DNA of 64,000 bases. Origin: Lentisphaerota bacterium. GTDB lineage: Bacteria; Verrucomicrobiota; Kiritimatiellia; UBA8416; JAIOPI01. The notes beneath the pieces are model-generated. The model searched no databases, was not told the DNA's origin, and was given only the letters and a program-made list of their open reading frames with translations. Of this stretch, positions 20,038 through 29,367 are shown piece by piece; the stretch's first letter is position 1; each line of letters begins with the position of its first letter. Location of the stretch: assembly GCA_021413965.1 (NCBI GenBank), contig JAIOPI010000019.1, positions 4,585 through 68,584 of the forward strand, given 5' to 3'. A program made the translations under genes and the position numbers.

Positions 20038-21237
20038 TCAGGTGGACGCGGCGAGCACCCCCAGCGCCTTGTCGAGGACCTGCGCCGGCGTGATCTGCTT
20101 GATGCAGATGTTGTTTCCGTCACAGGGGGACTTGCGGTGGTTGTAGGCGGTGACGCAGGGGGAGCAGGACAGGCCCGTGTACATCACCATGGCGTGCGGG
20201 CTGAGCGGCCGGTACAGGAGCGGCGTCTCGGGGCCGAAGAACACGATCGTGGGCAGGGGCGTCAGCGAGGCGAAATGTCCGGGCCCGCCGTCATTCGTGA
20301 TAAGCAGCTTCGCGATGTAGAACAGGCGCACCAGGTCCTGCAGCGATTTCGTGTAGCCGGTGAGATCCAGGCGCCGGTCGGCCGGGCAGGCGGCGAGGAT
20401 GCGCTGGGCCAGTGCCTTGTCCGCCGGCAGCCCGGTGATGCCGACGGTGTAACCGCGCGCGGCCAACTCGCGCCCGAGCGTGGCGTAATGATCCTCCGGC
20501 CAGGCACGGATGGGCAGGAACCCGCCCCCCGGATAGAGCAGCACGAGCCGGTCGCTGGCCACGCCCGGAAAGTCGCGGGCCAGGGCCGCCCGTGCGGCGT
20601 CGATAGCAGTCGCGTCCACAGCCAGCGGTGGCAGCGACTCCGGAAGCACGCCCCGGCGTTTGACGAGCGGCGCACCCTGGCCGTCGATGGCGTCTGCCAG
20701 CGCCATGAACTGCAGGGCGATGTGCTGGTAGGGATTGTAGAGCACCGGCCGGTTGATGAAGCCGCCGCGGTACAAGCCCTCCTGGGTGTGGGGATGAAAG
20801 CCGACGCGAAGCGCAGCCCCGCTGAGCACGGCGAACACGCTGCTGATGCGCGAGAACAACTCGCAGTCGATGACGGTGTCGATTCCGAGCTGGCGCATGC
20901 GGCGCAGCGCGCGCAGACTGTCGGCCAGCAGGGCGCCGGGCGAGTCGTCGCGCACGGTCAGCATGCGGTCCGGCGGCACGCGGCCGAGCAGTTCGAGCAC
21001 GGGCCGGTTGCGGGCGAAGAGCAGCACGTGGATGGCCGCGCCGGGATACCGCGCCTGCAGCTGTTCGAACATGGGGACGGTGAGCACGAGGCTGCCCATT
21101 TCGGACAGCAGCACCACGAGGATCTGGCGCGGTTCGGCCGGCGCGCGCGTCGGCATCAGCCGGCGCCACAGCGTGAGCAGGCGGCACAGCGGCACGCCCA
21201 CCCGGCGATCGACCCAGCGTTGGGTGTCAATGTTCAT
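20038..21237 (-). CDS. Glycosyltransferase family 9 (heptosyltransferase-like)
   Basis: SEMGSLVL, RAWP, ITNDGGPGH, FFGPE and CSPC motifs. Confidence 0.85.
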   Translation of the reverse strand: MNIDTQRWVDRRVGVPLCRLLTLWRRLMPTRAPAEPRQILVVLLSEMGSLVLTVPMFEQLQARYPGAAIHVLLFARNRPVLELLGRVPPDRMLTVRDDSPGALLADSLRALRRMRQLGIDTVIDCELFSRISSVFAVLSGAALRVGFHPHTQEGLYRGGFINRPVLYNPYQHIALQFMALADAIDGQGAPLVKRRGVLPESLPPLAVDATAIDAARAALARDFPGVASDRLVLLYPGGGFLPIRAWPEDHYATLGRELAARGYTVGITGLPADKALAQRILAACPADRRLDLTGYTKSLQDLVRLFYIAKLLITNDGGPGHFASLTPLPTIVFFGPETPLLYRPLSPHAMVMYTGLSCSPCVTAYNHRKSPCDGNNICIKQITPAQVLDKALGVLAAST

Positions 21238-21254
21238 GCTGCCGTTCCATCGCG

Positions 21255-22751
21255 TCATTCGCCGGGGGCCACGCCGATGCGCAGCGGGCCGGCCCGCTCT
21301 TCGCGCCACCCCGCCGGGAATCGCGCGCGCGCGAGGTCCGGGTGGCGGAGCGTATCGAGCAGTTTCGATTTCCCGTTAACATGTCCCGCGGTTTCCGGCA
21401 ACAGACGATTCAGCAGGTACAGGACGCCGACGCCGTCGTCGCGCATCAGCGTGGCATCGACGCCGTCGGCAGGCACGCCGCCCTTCGCCAGCATGTCCGC
21501 CGCCGTTCGCTGGTGGCGGTAGGCGACGCCGTAGTCGCCGCCCGTTCCTCCGGTGTGCCGAATGTGGGCGATGACGGCGAGCCAGACGACGACGCCGCAC
21601 GTCACGACGAGCGCGCCGGGCAGCCACGGGGCGAGGGATGCCGCGCGCGGCACACGCAGACGCCCGGCGCCCAGACCGGCCAGGAACAACAGGGCGGGCA
21701 AGCCGATAATGAAATAGTGCGGCGGTGCCACAATGCCGCGGGCCGCGTACAGCGCGGGCGGCATAAGGGCGGCGAGTGCGAGCCAGAGGCGGAAATCAGG
21801 GTGGTGCGAGGCGTCCCGCCGAGCCGAATGACTCGCCAGCGCCAGCACCGCCACCGTGCCGGTCCAGGCAAGTAGCTCCAGCAGCGAGCCGGCGGCGCCG
21901 GGCATGACGCTCGCCAGCGAGGCCGGCCCCGCGGCCCCGATCTGGCCGAACCCGCCCGCGAAGGCGGTCTGCACCCAGGACCGCAGCACGGATCCTGCCT
22001 GCGCTATTCCGCCACCTCCGCCGACGTGGGCCTGTGCGCGCAGATCGGCGCATGCGGTGGCCGTCAGATGGTGCAGGTAGGGGCCGAGCACGAGCAAGGC
22101 CGGCAGCCCCCCCGCCAGCGCCCAGCGCAGATTGAGCCGCCCGCGCAGGGCGGTGGACGTCAGCCACAGGAGGGCCACGGCGACGAGGCACCAGGCGGAA
22201 AAGTGGATCTGCCAGGCCAGCGCCAGAACGGGCAGCAGCCAGAAGGTGGCGCGGTGGCGCGGGTGAGCCGTGCCAATGGCCATGATGATGAGCGCGAGCA
22301 GCATAAAGACCGGGAGCACGCTTTGCGCCCAGATCTTGCGGCTGTACAAGATGAGCCACGGGTGCACGGCCATGAACGCCGCGGCCCAGCGACCGGCCGC
22401 CGGCTGGCCCAGCGCGCGTCCGAGTCGCAGCATCAACCAGACGGCGAGGACATTCAGCACCGCGATGAAACCGCCGATGGCCAGAGGGGACGCCTGCGCG
22501 GCCACCCACGGCCACAGCAGGAAGATGAAGCCCGGCGGATTCCGGACCCCGACACCGCTCATCATCCCGTATTGCGGGAGCCCGCCGCGCAGCACCCATT
22601 CGCGCGTCAACTGGAGTACGTCGACTTCGTCGAACTTGAATTCCATCAAGTCAAACCAGAGCAGGCGGACGACGAGCGCCAGGATGAGTACGCCGATTTC
22701 GATCGCGCGCACGCGGGCGGTCGGGGCGCAGGCGTCTGGCGTCTGGCTCAT
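21255..22751 (-). CDS. GT-C fold (ArnT/PMT-like, GT39-like) membrane glycosyltransferase
   Basis: EFKFDE after TM1, NPPG, HPWLILYSR; about 11-13 TM segments. Confidence 0.7.
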   Translation of the reverse strand: MSQTPDACAPTARVRAIEIGVLILALVVRLLWFDLMEFKFDEVDVLQLTREWVLRGGLPQYGMMSGVGVRNPPGFIFLLWPWVAAQASPLAIGGFIAVLNVLAVWLMLRLGRALGQPAAGRWAAAFMAVHPWLILYSRKIWAQSVLPVFMLLALIIMAIGTAHPRHRATFWLLPVLALAWQIHFSAWCLVAVALLWLTSTALRGRLNLRWALAGGLPALLVLGPYLHHLTATACADLRAQAHVGGGGGIAQAGSVLRSWVQTAFAGGFGQIGAAGPASLASVMPGAAGSLLELLAWTGTVAVLALASHSARRDASHHPDFRLWLALAALMPPALYAARGIVAPPHYFIIGLPALLFLAGLGAGRLRVPRAASLAPWLPGALVVTCGVVVWLAVIAHIRHTGGTGGDYGVAYRHQRTAADMLAKGGVPADGVDATLMRDDGVGVLYLLNRLLPETAGHVNGKSKLLDTLRHPDLARARFPAGWREERAGPLRIGVAPGE

Positions 22752-24532
22752 GGGCGGGACCCGGGCGCGTGGGGCGCGGACGAGTCGGCATCCTGCGCGA
22801 CGGCGGCTTCGAAAACGGCGAAGGCGGGCAGCTTGGGATTCAAGCGCCGGGCGCGCTCCCAGGCGGCGCGTCCGGCGTCGGGCTGGCCGGACAGCAGGCA
22901 GGCGTATGCCCGCTTGGCCCAGTCCTGGGGGCGGAAAGGATCGATGGTCAGGGCCTTCTCGTAGTAGCCCGCGGATGTCTGGAAGTCGCCACGGTCATCG
23001 TAGGAGAGGGCCAGGTTGCGATAGATGGCGGCGTCGAGATCGAATCGCAGGGGCAGCCGTTTCTCCGCCGCCTGGAAGTATCGCAAGGCCTCGTCCTTGT
23101 CGCCCCGCACGTAGAGGGCGCACCCAAGGGGCAAATACGAGGAGGCCGGCTCAAACCCGGCGGCATCGGCGCGGGCCACGACCAGGGCGCGCGTGGCGCA
23201 GGCGATCACGCGATCATAGTCGCCGCGTTCGTAGTAGGCCGCGGCAAGGTTGGCGAGCACGGTGGGATGGTCCGGCACGTGGCGCGCCGTGGCGGTCCAA
23301 AGGGTGACGTTGTCGCGCCAGACGGGATTGCGCTGGCAGACGCGCGCGGTCATGGCCGCGGCGACGAGCAGGCTGGCGACGACGAGGACGCGACGGTAGC
23401 GGGAGTGGAGTCCGCGCGCGAGCTCCCAGCCCAACCACAGGCACAGCCCGATCGAGGGCAGGTAGAGATAGCGTTCCGCCATGGGGTTGAAGATCGGGTA
23501 GATGTTTGCAACAGGGGCGAGGCTGACAAACCACCAGAGCATGCCGGTGATGAAGAACACCGAACGGCGCCCGTGGATCAGCGAGGCCGCCACGACGAGC
23601 AGCGCGCTGAGCGAGATGAAGAAGCCGGGATCGAGCTCAGGGGTGTAGCTCGAGATCGGATAGTAGGCCGACAGTCGCAGCGGGAAGACGAAGAGGAAAA
23701 GGTAGTAGGCCTGGATCTTGACGTCGGCGAGCAAGGTGCCGAGCAGCGAGCCCCCGAGCCTGGGCTCATGGCCTTCCATCGGACACTGCATCCAGTGGAA
23801 GCGCAGTAGCAGGAAGAACATGGTCACCACGCCCAGGCCAAGCACGTGGATCATGCCGGGGCGTTGCAGGAGCGACCGCCATGGGGCCGGTGGTGCGGGC
23901 GTGGCCGGCGAGGGCACAGCCGCGTCGTGGCGGGCGATCGTCCAATCGAGCAGGAGTGCCAGTGCAGGATAGATCACGGCCATTTCCTTGGCGAGCGTGG
24001 CCAGTGCATACAAGAGCCACGCAACCGGGAACCAGAGCCCCGGAGCGGCGTGACGGCCCCGCCGGTAGGCAAGCCAGCTGAGCGGCAGCAGCAGGCCGAC
24101 TTGCAGGTCTTCGCGGAACGAGAGGTTGTTCACCACCTCCGTGTGCACGGGGTGCAGGGCAAACAGTGCCGCACCGAGGCCAGCGGCCAGCGCGGATGCG
24201 GTCAGCGCGCGGTAGAGGAAGAAGAGCGCGATGACCGTGGCGGCGTAAAGGAGCACGTTGGACAGGTGGGGGCCCATGGCGCGTGCACCCCACAGCGCCC
24301 AATCGATAAAATACGAGGCCGTGCAGACCGGGCGGTAGCTGGCCTCGTTGCTGTAGCCGAAGTAGTTCGCATTGAACAGATGCGGCAGGTTGTTCCGGCT
24401 GCGGATGAACGCGTTGTCGGCGTAGGTGAAGAAGTCGTCAATCGTGTAGCCGTTGCCGAGGGAATTCAGGTAGGGCAGCACGGCCAAGGCCAGCAGGGCC
24501 AGAACGCACAACCGGGTAGAAACGGGCCTCAA
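22748..24532 (-). CDS. TMTC-like GT-C membrane protein with C-terminal TPRs
   Basis: YTIDD, YRPV, LFALHPVHTEVV, AKEMA, AERYLYLPS and W.D...LW motifs, then TPRs. TTG start at 24532 with GGGGAG upstream; the ORF-track N-terminal extension is spurious. Confidence 0.82.
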   Translation of the reverse strand: MRPVSTRLCVLALLALAVLPYLNSLGNGYTIDDFFTYADNAFIRSRNNLPHLFNANYFGYSNEASYRPVCTASYFIDWALWGARAMGPHLSNVLLYAATVIALFFLYRALTASALAAGLGAALFALHPVHTEVVNNLSFREDLQVGLLLPLSWLAYRRGRHAAPGLWFPVAWLLYALATLAKEMAVIYPALALLLDWTIARHDAAVPSPATPAPPAPWRSLLQRPGMIHVLGLGVVTMFFLLLRFHWMQCPMEGHEPRLGGSLLGTLLADVKIQAYYLFLFVFPLRLSAYYPISSYTPELDPGFFISLSALLVVAASLIHGRRSVFFITGMLWWFVSLAPVANIYPIFNPMAERYLYLPSIGLCLWLGWELARGLHSRYRRVLVVASLLVAAAMTARVCQRNPVWRDNVTLWTATARHVPDHPTVLANLAAAYYERGDYDRVIACATRALVVARADAAGFEPASSYLPLGCALYVRGDKDEALRYFQAAEKRLPLRFDLDAAIYRNLALSYDDRGDFQTSAGYYEKALTIDPFRPQDWAKRAYACLLSGQPDAGRAAWERARRLNPKLPAFAVFEAAVAQDADSSAPHAPGSRP

Positions 24533-24664
24533 GAATGCTGCTCCCCGCGGGCGGCGTGCACCACTCCCGGGACTCGGGTTTCTGCTGCCGCCGCGCGTCG
24601 CCCTGAAGATAGCACAGCGCCTTCCCGCCGCAAACGGAAAGGGCTCTGGTCGCACGTGCCGGCA

Positions 24665-24693
24665 TTGACGCCCGGGCGTGCGGCCCTTAGGCT
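24665..24693 (+). promoter_or_regulatory. sigma70 promoter, probably leaderless, for the DUF1573 gene
   Basis: TTGACG-17 nt-TAGGCT, 5 nt before ATG 24699, no SD. Confidence 0.55.
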
Positions 24694-24698
24694 GCCGC

Positions 24699-25685
24699 AT
24701 GCTTCGCCTATCCAGATGGACTCGCGGCGCATTGGCGTCGCTCCTCGTGCTGGGGCTGATCGGACCGGCGACGGGCAGGGCCTTGGCCGCGCCGCAGCTC
24801 GTGGTCCGCGATCCTGTGTTTGACTTCGGTGCCGTCTTTGACGATGCCCCGCTCACGCGCACCTTTCTGCTGGAAAATGCCGGCGATGCGCCTCTGACCA
24901 TCACGAACATCCGTCCTGGCTGTCCCGAGTGCACGCGTTTCACGCTGGAACGCGACGTCATTCCCGCCGGGGAGTCCGCGACACTGGTTGTCACCCTGGA
25001 AACGGTCGGACTCGAAGACGACGTGACGAAAGAGCTGACGCTGGAAACCAATGATCCCAAGGCGCTGCGGGCGACGCTGACGCTGCGCGGGCACATCATG
25101 CCCCGCTTCGAGTGCCATCCCAAGACGGCCATCATGGAACTCGCCTCGACGAACGCGTTTGGCTCGACGCAGGTGACCATCAACCCGCGGCGCGCCATGA
25201 ACATGCCACTGACTGAAGTGACCTCGGATTCCCCCCTGCTCTACGGCGTGGTCGCTCCCGATGCCGACGGTGCATTCACGCTCCAGATCTACACCCGTCC
25301 GCCATTGCCCACGGGCATCCTGCACGGCCACTTGCGGGTCGCGTCTGCAGACACAAACGATCCGGTGTGCACGGTGAAGGTCGATCTCGGGGTCTGGCCG
25401 GGATTCCTGGCCGTGCCGGATGTCTTGCGGTTCGAGGAGGGTGTGGCCGGGCAGATGCGAATTCTTTTTGTGCGGCAGTTCCCGGATACGCCGCACAGCA
25501 TTCAAAGTGTGGAGGACGCCTCCGGCAACCTCGCCTGCGAGATATATCCCGAGCCTGCCGGTCTGAATTACCGCATCTACGTCTATGCCCGGGAGGTCGC
25601 TGCGGCGGGTGCTGGCACGCTTCTCATCCACACCGACGATCCGGAACAGCCAACCCTCTCCGTCCCCTACGCGTTCGAACACTAA
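24699..25685 (+). CDS. Exported DUF1573/Ig-like domain protein
   Basis: Signal peptide; FDFG...F.LENAGDAPLTI.NI.PGC.CT and ETNDP motifs. Confidence 0.75.
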   Translation: MLRLSRWTRGALASLLVLGLIGPATGRALAAPQLVVRDPVFDFGAVFDDAPLTRTFLLENAGDAPLTITNIRPGCPECTRFTLERDVIPAGESATLVVTLETVGLEDDVTKELTLETNDPKALRATLTLRGHIMPRFECHPKTAIMELASTNAFGSTQVTINPRRAMNMPLTEVTSDSPLLYGVVAPDADGAFTLQIYTRPPLPTGILHGHLRVASADTNDPVCTVKVDLGVWPGFLAVPDVLRFEEGVAGQMRILFVRQFPDTPHSIQSVEDASGNLACEIYPEPAGLNYRIYVYAREVAAAGAGTLLIHTDDPEQPTLSVPYAFEH

Positions 25686-25737
25686 ACCCGTCTCCATTCT
25701 GGACTTTCGGCCCATCTTCTGACATGCTGACGACGCC

Positions 25738-25935
25738 ATGAGAGGGCGGGTATTTGACGGGGTGCGGCGGTTTATAGCCGATGAAGCAGCGCAGGCCATG
25801 ACCGAATATCTGGTCCTGACGATGTTCACCGTCTTGGCCTGTTTGTATCTCCTGAACCCCAATACCGAGCTGTATCAAGGGTTGCGGCGTTTTTACGAAC
25901 TGATCATGCGCGGTGTCTTCTTCCCGGGCCCTTGA
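25738..25935 (+). CDS. Flp-like (type IVb/IVc) minor pilin
   Basis: RRFIADEAA|QAMTEY followed by a hydrophobic helix; 65 aa; adjacent to a prepilin peptidase. Confidence 0.7.
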   Translation: MRGRVFDGVRRFIADEAAQAMTEYLVLTMFTVLACLYLLNPNTELYQGLRRFYELIMRGVFFPGP

Positions 25936-25948
25936 GCGTGGCGAGGCG

Positions 25949-26464
25949 ATGTCGATGGACACAATGCTGACAGCGTCGCTGGTGGTGCTTGCCCTGCTGC
26001 TGAGTGTCGCCGTCTACACGGAACTCACGGCGGCCCGCATTCCCAACTGGCTGACGCTGGTGGGCCTCACCTTCGGGTTGCTGTTTGGCGCCTTGCCGGG
26101 CGGGTTGACGCTGGAATCGAGCTTCATGGGCCTGCTGACCGGGTTCGGTGTGCTGTTCATCTTCTATGTCTTCGGCGGCATGGGGGGTGGAGATGTGAAG
26201 CTGATGGGGGCTGTGGGGTCGTTGATCGGCTATCCGATGATCATTTCCGCGTTGGTTTACACCGCCATCATCGGCGGGGTCATGGCCTTGTCTCTGGTGG
26301 CCAGCCGTGGGGTGACGGGGCTGTGCCGCTGGGCGCGCGCCGGTGGCGGCGCGGGGGGCGCCGCCGCCGCACAGACGCCAGCCCCGCCAGCCCGTCTCAC
26401 GGTGCCCTACGCCCTCGCGATCGCCTCGGGGACGCTGCTCGTCTTCTACTTCGGCTCGCGGTAA
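25949..26464 (+). CDS. cpaA: A24 prepilin peptidase (CpaA/TadV)
   Basis: RIPNWL, GMGGGDVKL and VPYALAI motifs; the first catalytic Asp position is Glu. Confidence 0.85.
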   Translation: MSMDTMLTASLVVLALLLSVAVYTELTAARIPNWLTLVGLTFGLLFGALPGGLTLESSFMGLLTGFGVLFIFYVFGGMGGGDVKLMGAVGSLIGYPMIISALVYTAIIGGVMALSLVASRGVTGLCRWARAGGGAGGAAAAQTPAPPARLTVPYALAIASGTLLVFYFGSR

Positions 26465-26473
26465 CCATTGCAC

Positions 26474-27451
26474 ATGAAACGCCCATTCCAGATCTGGTCC
26501 GATGAGAGCGCGCAGGCGCTGACGGAGTTTGCCGTCGTGGGGCCGATTGTCTTCTTCATCTTCTTCGCCAGTTTCCAATTCATCGCCATGTGGAACGTGC
26601 AGATGATGGTGGACTACGCGGCCTTCTGCGCCGCGCGATCGATTGCCGTGCAGGAGGCCCACATCGGCCCGGCGGCGGCCGGGATCCTGGCGCGAGCCGC
26701 CGCCTCCGTTGCGCTGATGCCGGTTTCCAAGCCTGTCAAAGGCGAGGCGGCCGCTTACCTGCAGCTGCTCGGGGGTGGCTCCGTGCTGAGTGCTCTGAAA
26801 TCCAAGGCCAAGGTCGAGCAGGATCTGCTCATGGCGCTCGGGCGCAGCCTCAACCAGGTGACCGGTGACGGAAACAGCAATGCCAAGGTCCTGGAAAAGA
26901 TGTCCTGGCTGCTGACCGCCTGGGGCCGCATCAATGTCGGGTCTCCCCCCACGGCCCTCTCCTACGGCAAGCAATCCGCCGGCGGGCTCACGGAAGTCAG
27001 TCTCGAGCTGCGCTACGACTATCCCCTCTTCATCCCTGGCTTTGCGGAGTTCTGGAATTACCTGACCGGCACCCCCATGGAGAATGCCTTCACGCGCAAG
27101 TCCGCCGGGATCCCGTTCTTCTTCCAGACCCTGCGCAGCAAGTGCGCGGTGGGCTACGAGGACTTCAGCCGGAACTTTGAGAACAATCCGCACGTGAACA
27201 ACCCGTATGCCGACCGGATCAACAGCGTCGACCAGGACCGGATCAACCAGCTCAACAAGGAAATTGCGCAGCTCCAGCAGGAGTTCCAGCAGGCCAAGTC
27301 CCAGCACGATAGCTGCGGGGCCAATTCCAAGAGCATGGGTTTTGCGACCGTTGGCGCGTGCCAAGCCTTCTACAAGGCCCGGATGGACGATCTTTCGGGC
27401 CAAATCGATGCCAAACGCGCCGAGCTGGACGCCTTGATGCCCAATTTCTGA
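26474..27451 (+). CDS. TadE-like pseudopilin with a C-terminal coiled-coil extension
   Basis: DESA|QALTEFAVVGP...YAAFCAARS. Confidence 0.8.
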   Translation: MKRPFQIWSDESAQALTEFAVVGPIVFFIFFASFQFIAMWNVQMMVDYAAFCAARSIAVQEAHIGPAAAGILARAAASVALMPVSKPVKGEAAAYLQLLGGGSVLSALKSKAKVEQDLLMALGRSLNQVTGDGNSNAKVLEKMSWLLTAWGRINVGSPPTALSYGKQSAGGLTEVSLELRYDYPLFIPGFAEFWNYLTGTPMENAFTRKSAGIPFFFQTLRSKCAVGYEDFSRNFENNPHVNNPYADRINSVDQDRINQLNKEIAQLQQEFQQAKSQHDSCGANSKSMGFATVGACQAFYKARMDDLSGQIDAKRAELDALMPNF

Positions 27452-27456
27452 ACCCC

Positions 27457-28725
27457 ATGAAACGCCTGATACTATTCTTCCTGCAGCCCATCGCCCGGGC
27501 GCGCGGCATGCGCGATAACGATTCCGCGCAGGTGCTGCTGATGACGGCGTTCATGGCCTTCACGCTGGCGGTGTTCATGATCCACTCGCTGAACGCGAGC
27601 CAATCGGTGTTCCGTCGCGTGCAAGTACAGAATGCCGCCGATGCCGCCGCCGACGCCTCGGCCGCCTGGCAGGCGCGTGGCATCAACATGCTGCAGACGC
27701 TGAACAACATGCACTACGTCATGGACGCCGTGCTGTATCTCCCGATCATCCGCATTTGCTGCTGCTGCTCCGAAGCCATCGCGATGTGCGCGGCTTGCGT
27801 GGCCAGCCTCGGGTTCTGCGGGGCCTGTTGCGACGAGTGCACCACCTGCATCGATCTGTGCAGCAAGTGCAGCGACTACGACGATCGACAGGCGGAGATG
27901 CACAAGGATTTCTGGAATGCCGAAGTCAAGGCCATCAAGGTCTCGACGCAGCAGATCTACATCCAGGCCAACCAGTATGCGAAAGCCAATGGCGCCACGC
28001 CTTTCTTCCGGTCGGCCGTGACCTACGTGTCGAACACGGCCTACCAGGCGATTTCCCCGATCTTCCCGATGCACGAGTTTCTGAAGGACTCCATCAAGGC
28101 TGGCGGCAAGGGCGGGCCGCCGCTGCAGTTCGAGAAGCATCGCGGCTCGGCCAACATCGCCATGAAGATCGTCAAGGGGCCCCTGCACGCCGTGCTGATC
28201 TGGGGCGGTCCGTCCTACGACCGCATCTGGGTGAACATGCTGGGCACGGAAAATCCCATCGAAGGTGACGACCGGGCAGGCGCCGCGCTGCTCGGGTACG
28301 AGCCCGTGGAGCCGGGCACCCTGGAATTCCCCTGGGACTTGCCGGAATGGTTCATGCAGTTCTGCTCGCTCGGCCAGAGCGACGGCTGGAACGATGACTA
28401 CTGGGAAATGCGCTCGACTCCCACGCTGACCTGGGCCACCTGCATCAGCAATCAGGTTGGCGGGTTGGTGCGCTTCCTGCCGAAGACGCCACCCACCGAC
28501 AAGCCCGCGAGCATGTTCTGGTATCTGAATCCGGGCCGGATCCCCGAAGTGTCTCTGAGCCCCGTCATGGGGCTCGCCAGCGCCACCTCGCACGGGAAGA
28601 TCGAGGCCACGTCGCTGCTGTCGTTCCAGCTGGGCAAGGCCGGCGCGCAGGGCACGCTGGTGCCGGTCGATCTGCAGGGCCCGTGGTTCCCGCAAGAGGC
28701 GCTGAAGATCGGCATCTTCCATTAG
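27457..28725 (+). CDS. TadG-like pilus tip protein with a Cys-rich segment
   Basis: DSA|QVLLM hydrophobic helix followed by QNAADAAA..AA..QAR..N (Tad N-terminal domain). Confidence 0.8.
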   Translation: MKRLILFFLQPIARARGMRDNDSAQVLLMTAFMAFTLAVFMIHSLNASQSVFRRVQVQNAADAAADASAAWQARGINMLQTLNNMHYVMDAVLYLPIIRICCCCSEAIAMCAACVASLGFCGACCDECTTCIDLCSKCSDYDDRQAEMHKDFWNAEVKAIKVSTQQIYIQANQYAKANGATPFFRSAVTYVSNTAYQAISPIFPMHEFLKDSIKAGGKGGPPLQFEKHRGSANIAMKIVKGPLHAVLIWGGPSYDRIWVNMLGTENPIEGDDRAGAALLGYEPVEPGTLEFPWDLPEWFMQFCSLGQSDGWNDDYWEMRSTPTLTWATCISNQVGGLVRFLPKTPPTDKPASMFWYLNPGRIPEVSLSPVMGLASATSHGKIEATSLLSFQLGKAGAQGTLVPVDLQGPWFPQEALKIGIFH

Positions 28726-28737
28726 CGAAGGAATAGG

Positions 28738-29367
28738 ATGAACGCTCGCATGCGACGCGACTCGGGACAGGCGATGGTGGAAGCCTGCATCGGCATGGCC
28801 CTGATGGGGATGGTGCTCACCCTGGCCGCCGTGTTCGGCCATATGACGGTGAATCGCAATCGCTGCCTGATCGCGGCGCGCCATGCCGCGTGGATCCGGG
28901 GCAATGGTGGCAGTGTCCCCACCTTCAACCCCGCCGTGCAGAAGGCCTTTGCGCAGAAATTCTTCTACTTCCCCGAAATTGCGCGCCTCGACGAGAACGT
29001 CCAGCGCGCGAAAACCACGCAGATCATGTCCGGCCCGCCGCTGGTCATCCCGTTCATGAAAGATACCATGCATGTCATGCGCATGACGTACGGGCTGACC
29101 CCCGCGCAGGTGGGACAGGCATCCATGAGCCAGCTGCCCTTTCCTCTCGTGTACCTGCGCTCGCGCTTCGATTACCTCAACACCAAGGCGGTGGCGCAGT
29201 TCGACAAGGTGACGACGGCGGCGCTCATCTTCACCATGTCCGATGTCCAGGGCGAGTGCGCCTGGTTTAACGTGTCCGACACCTGGACCGACCCCATCTG
29301 GGTCGGGATCGGCGTCGCCAAACACCTGGAACTTGTCTTCGATGCCATCAGCGATGCTGTCGGTTGA
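28738..29367 (+). CDS. TadE/TadF-like pseudopilin
   Basis: RRDSG|QAMVEA...AARHAAW. Confidence 0.78.
   Translation: MNARMRRDSGQAMVEACIGMALMGMVLTLAAVFGHMTVNRNRCLIAARHAAWIRGNGGSVPTFNPAVQKAFAQKFFYFPEIARLDENVQRAKTTQIMSGPPLVIPFMKDTMHVMRMTYGLTPAQVGQASMSQLPFPLVYLRSRFDYLNTKAVAQFDKVTTAALIFTMSDVQGECAWFNVSDTWTDPIWVGIGVAKHLELVFDAISDAVG

Noticed and set aside
24533-25204. N-terminal extension of the 818-aa TMTC ORF
   Set aside because: It overlaps the DUF1573 gene on the other strand; family similarity starts near the TTG at 24532.
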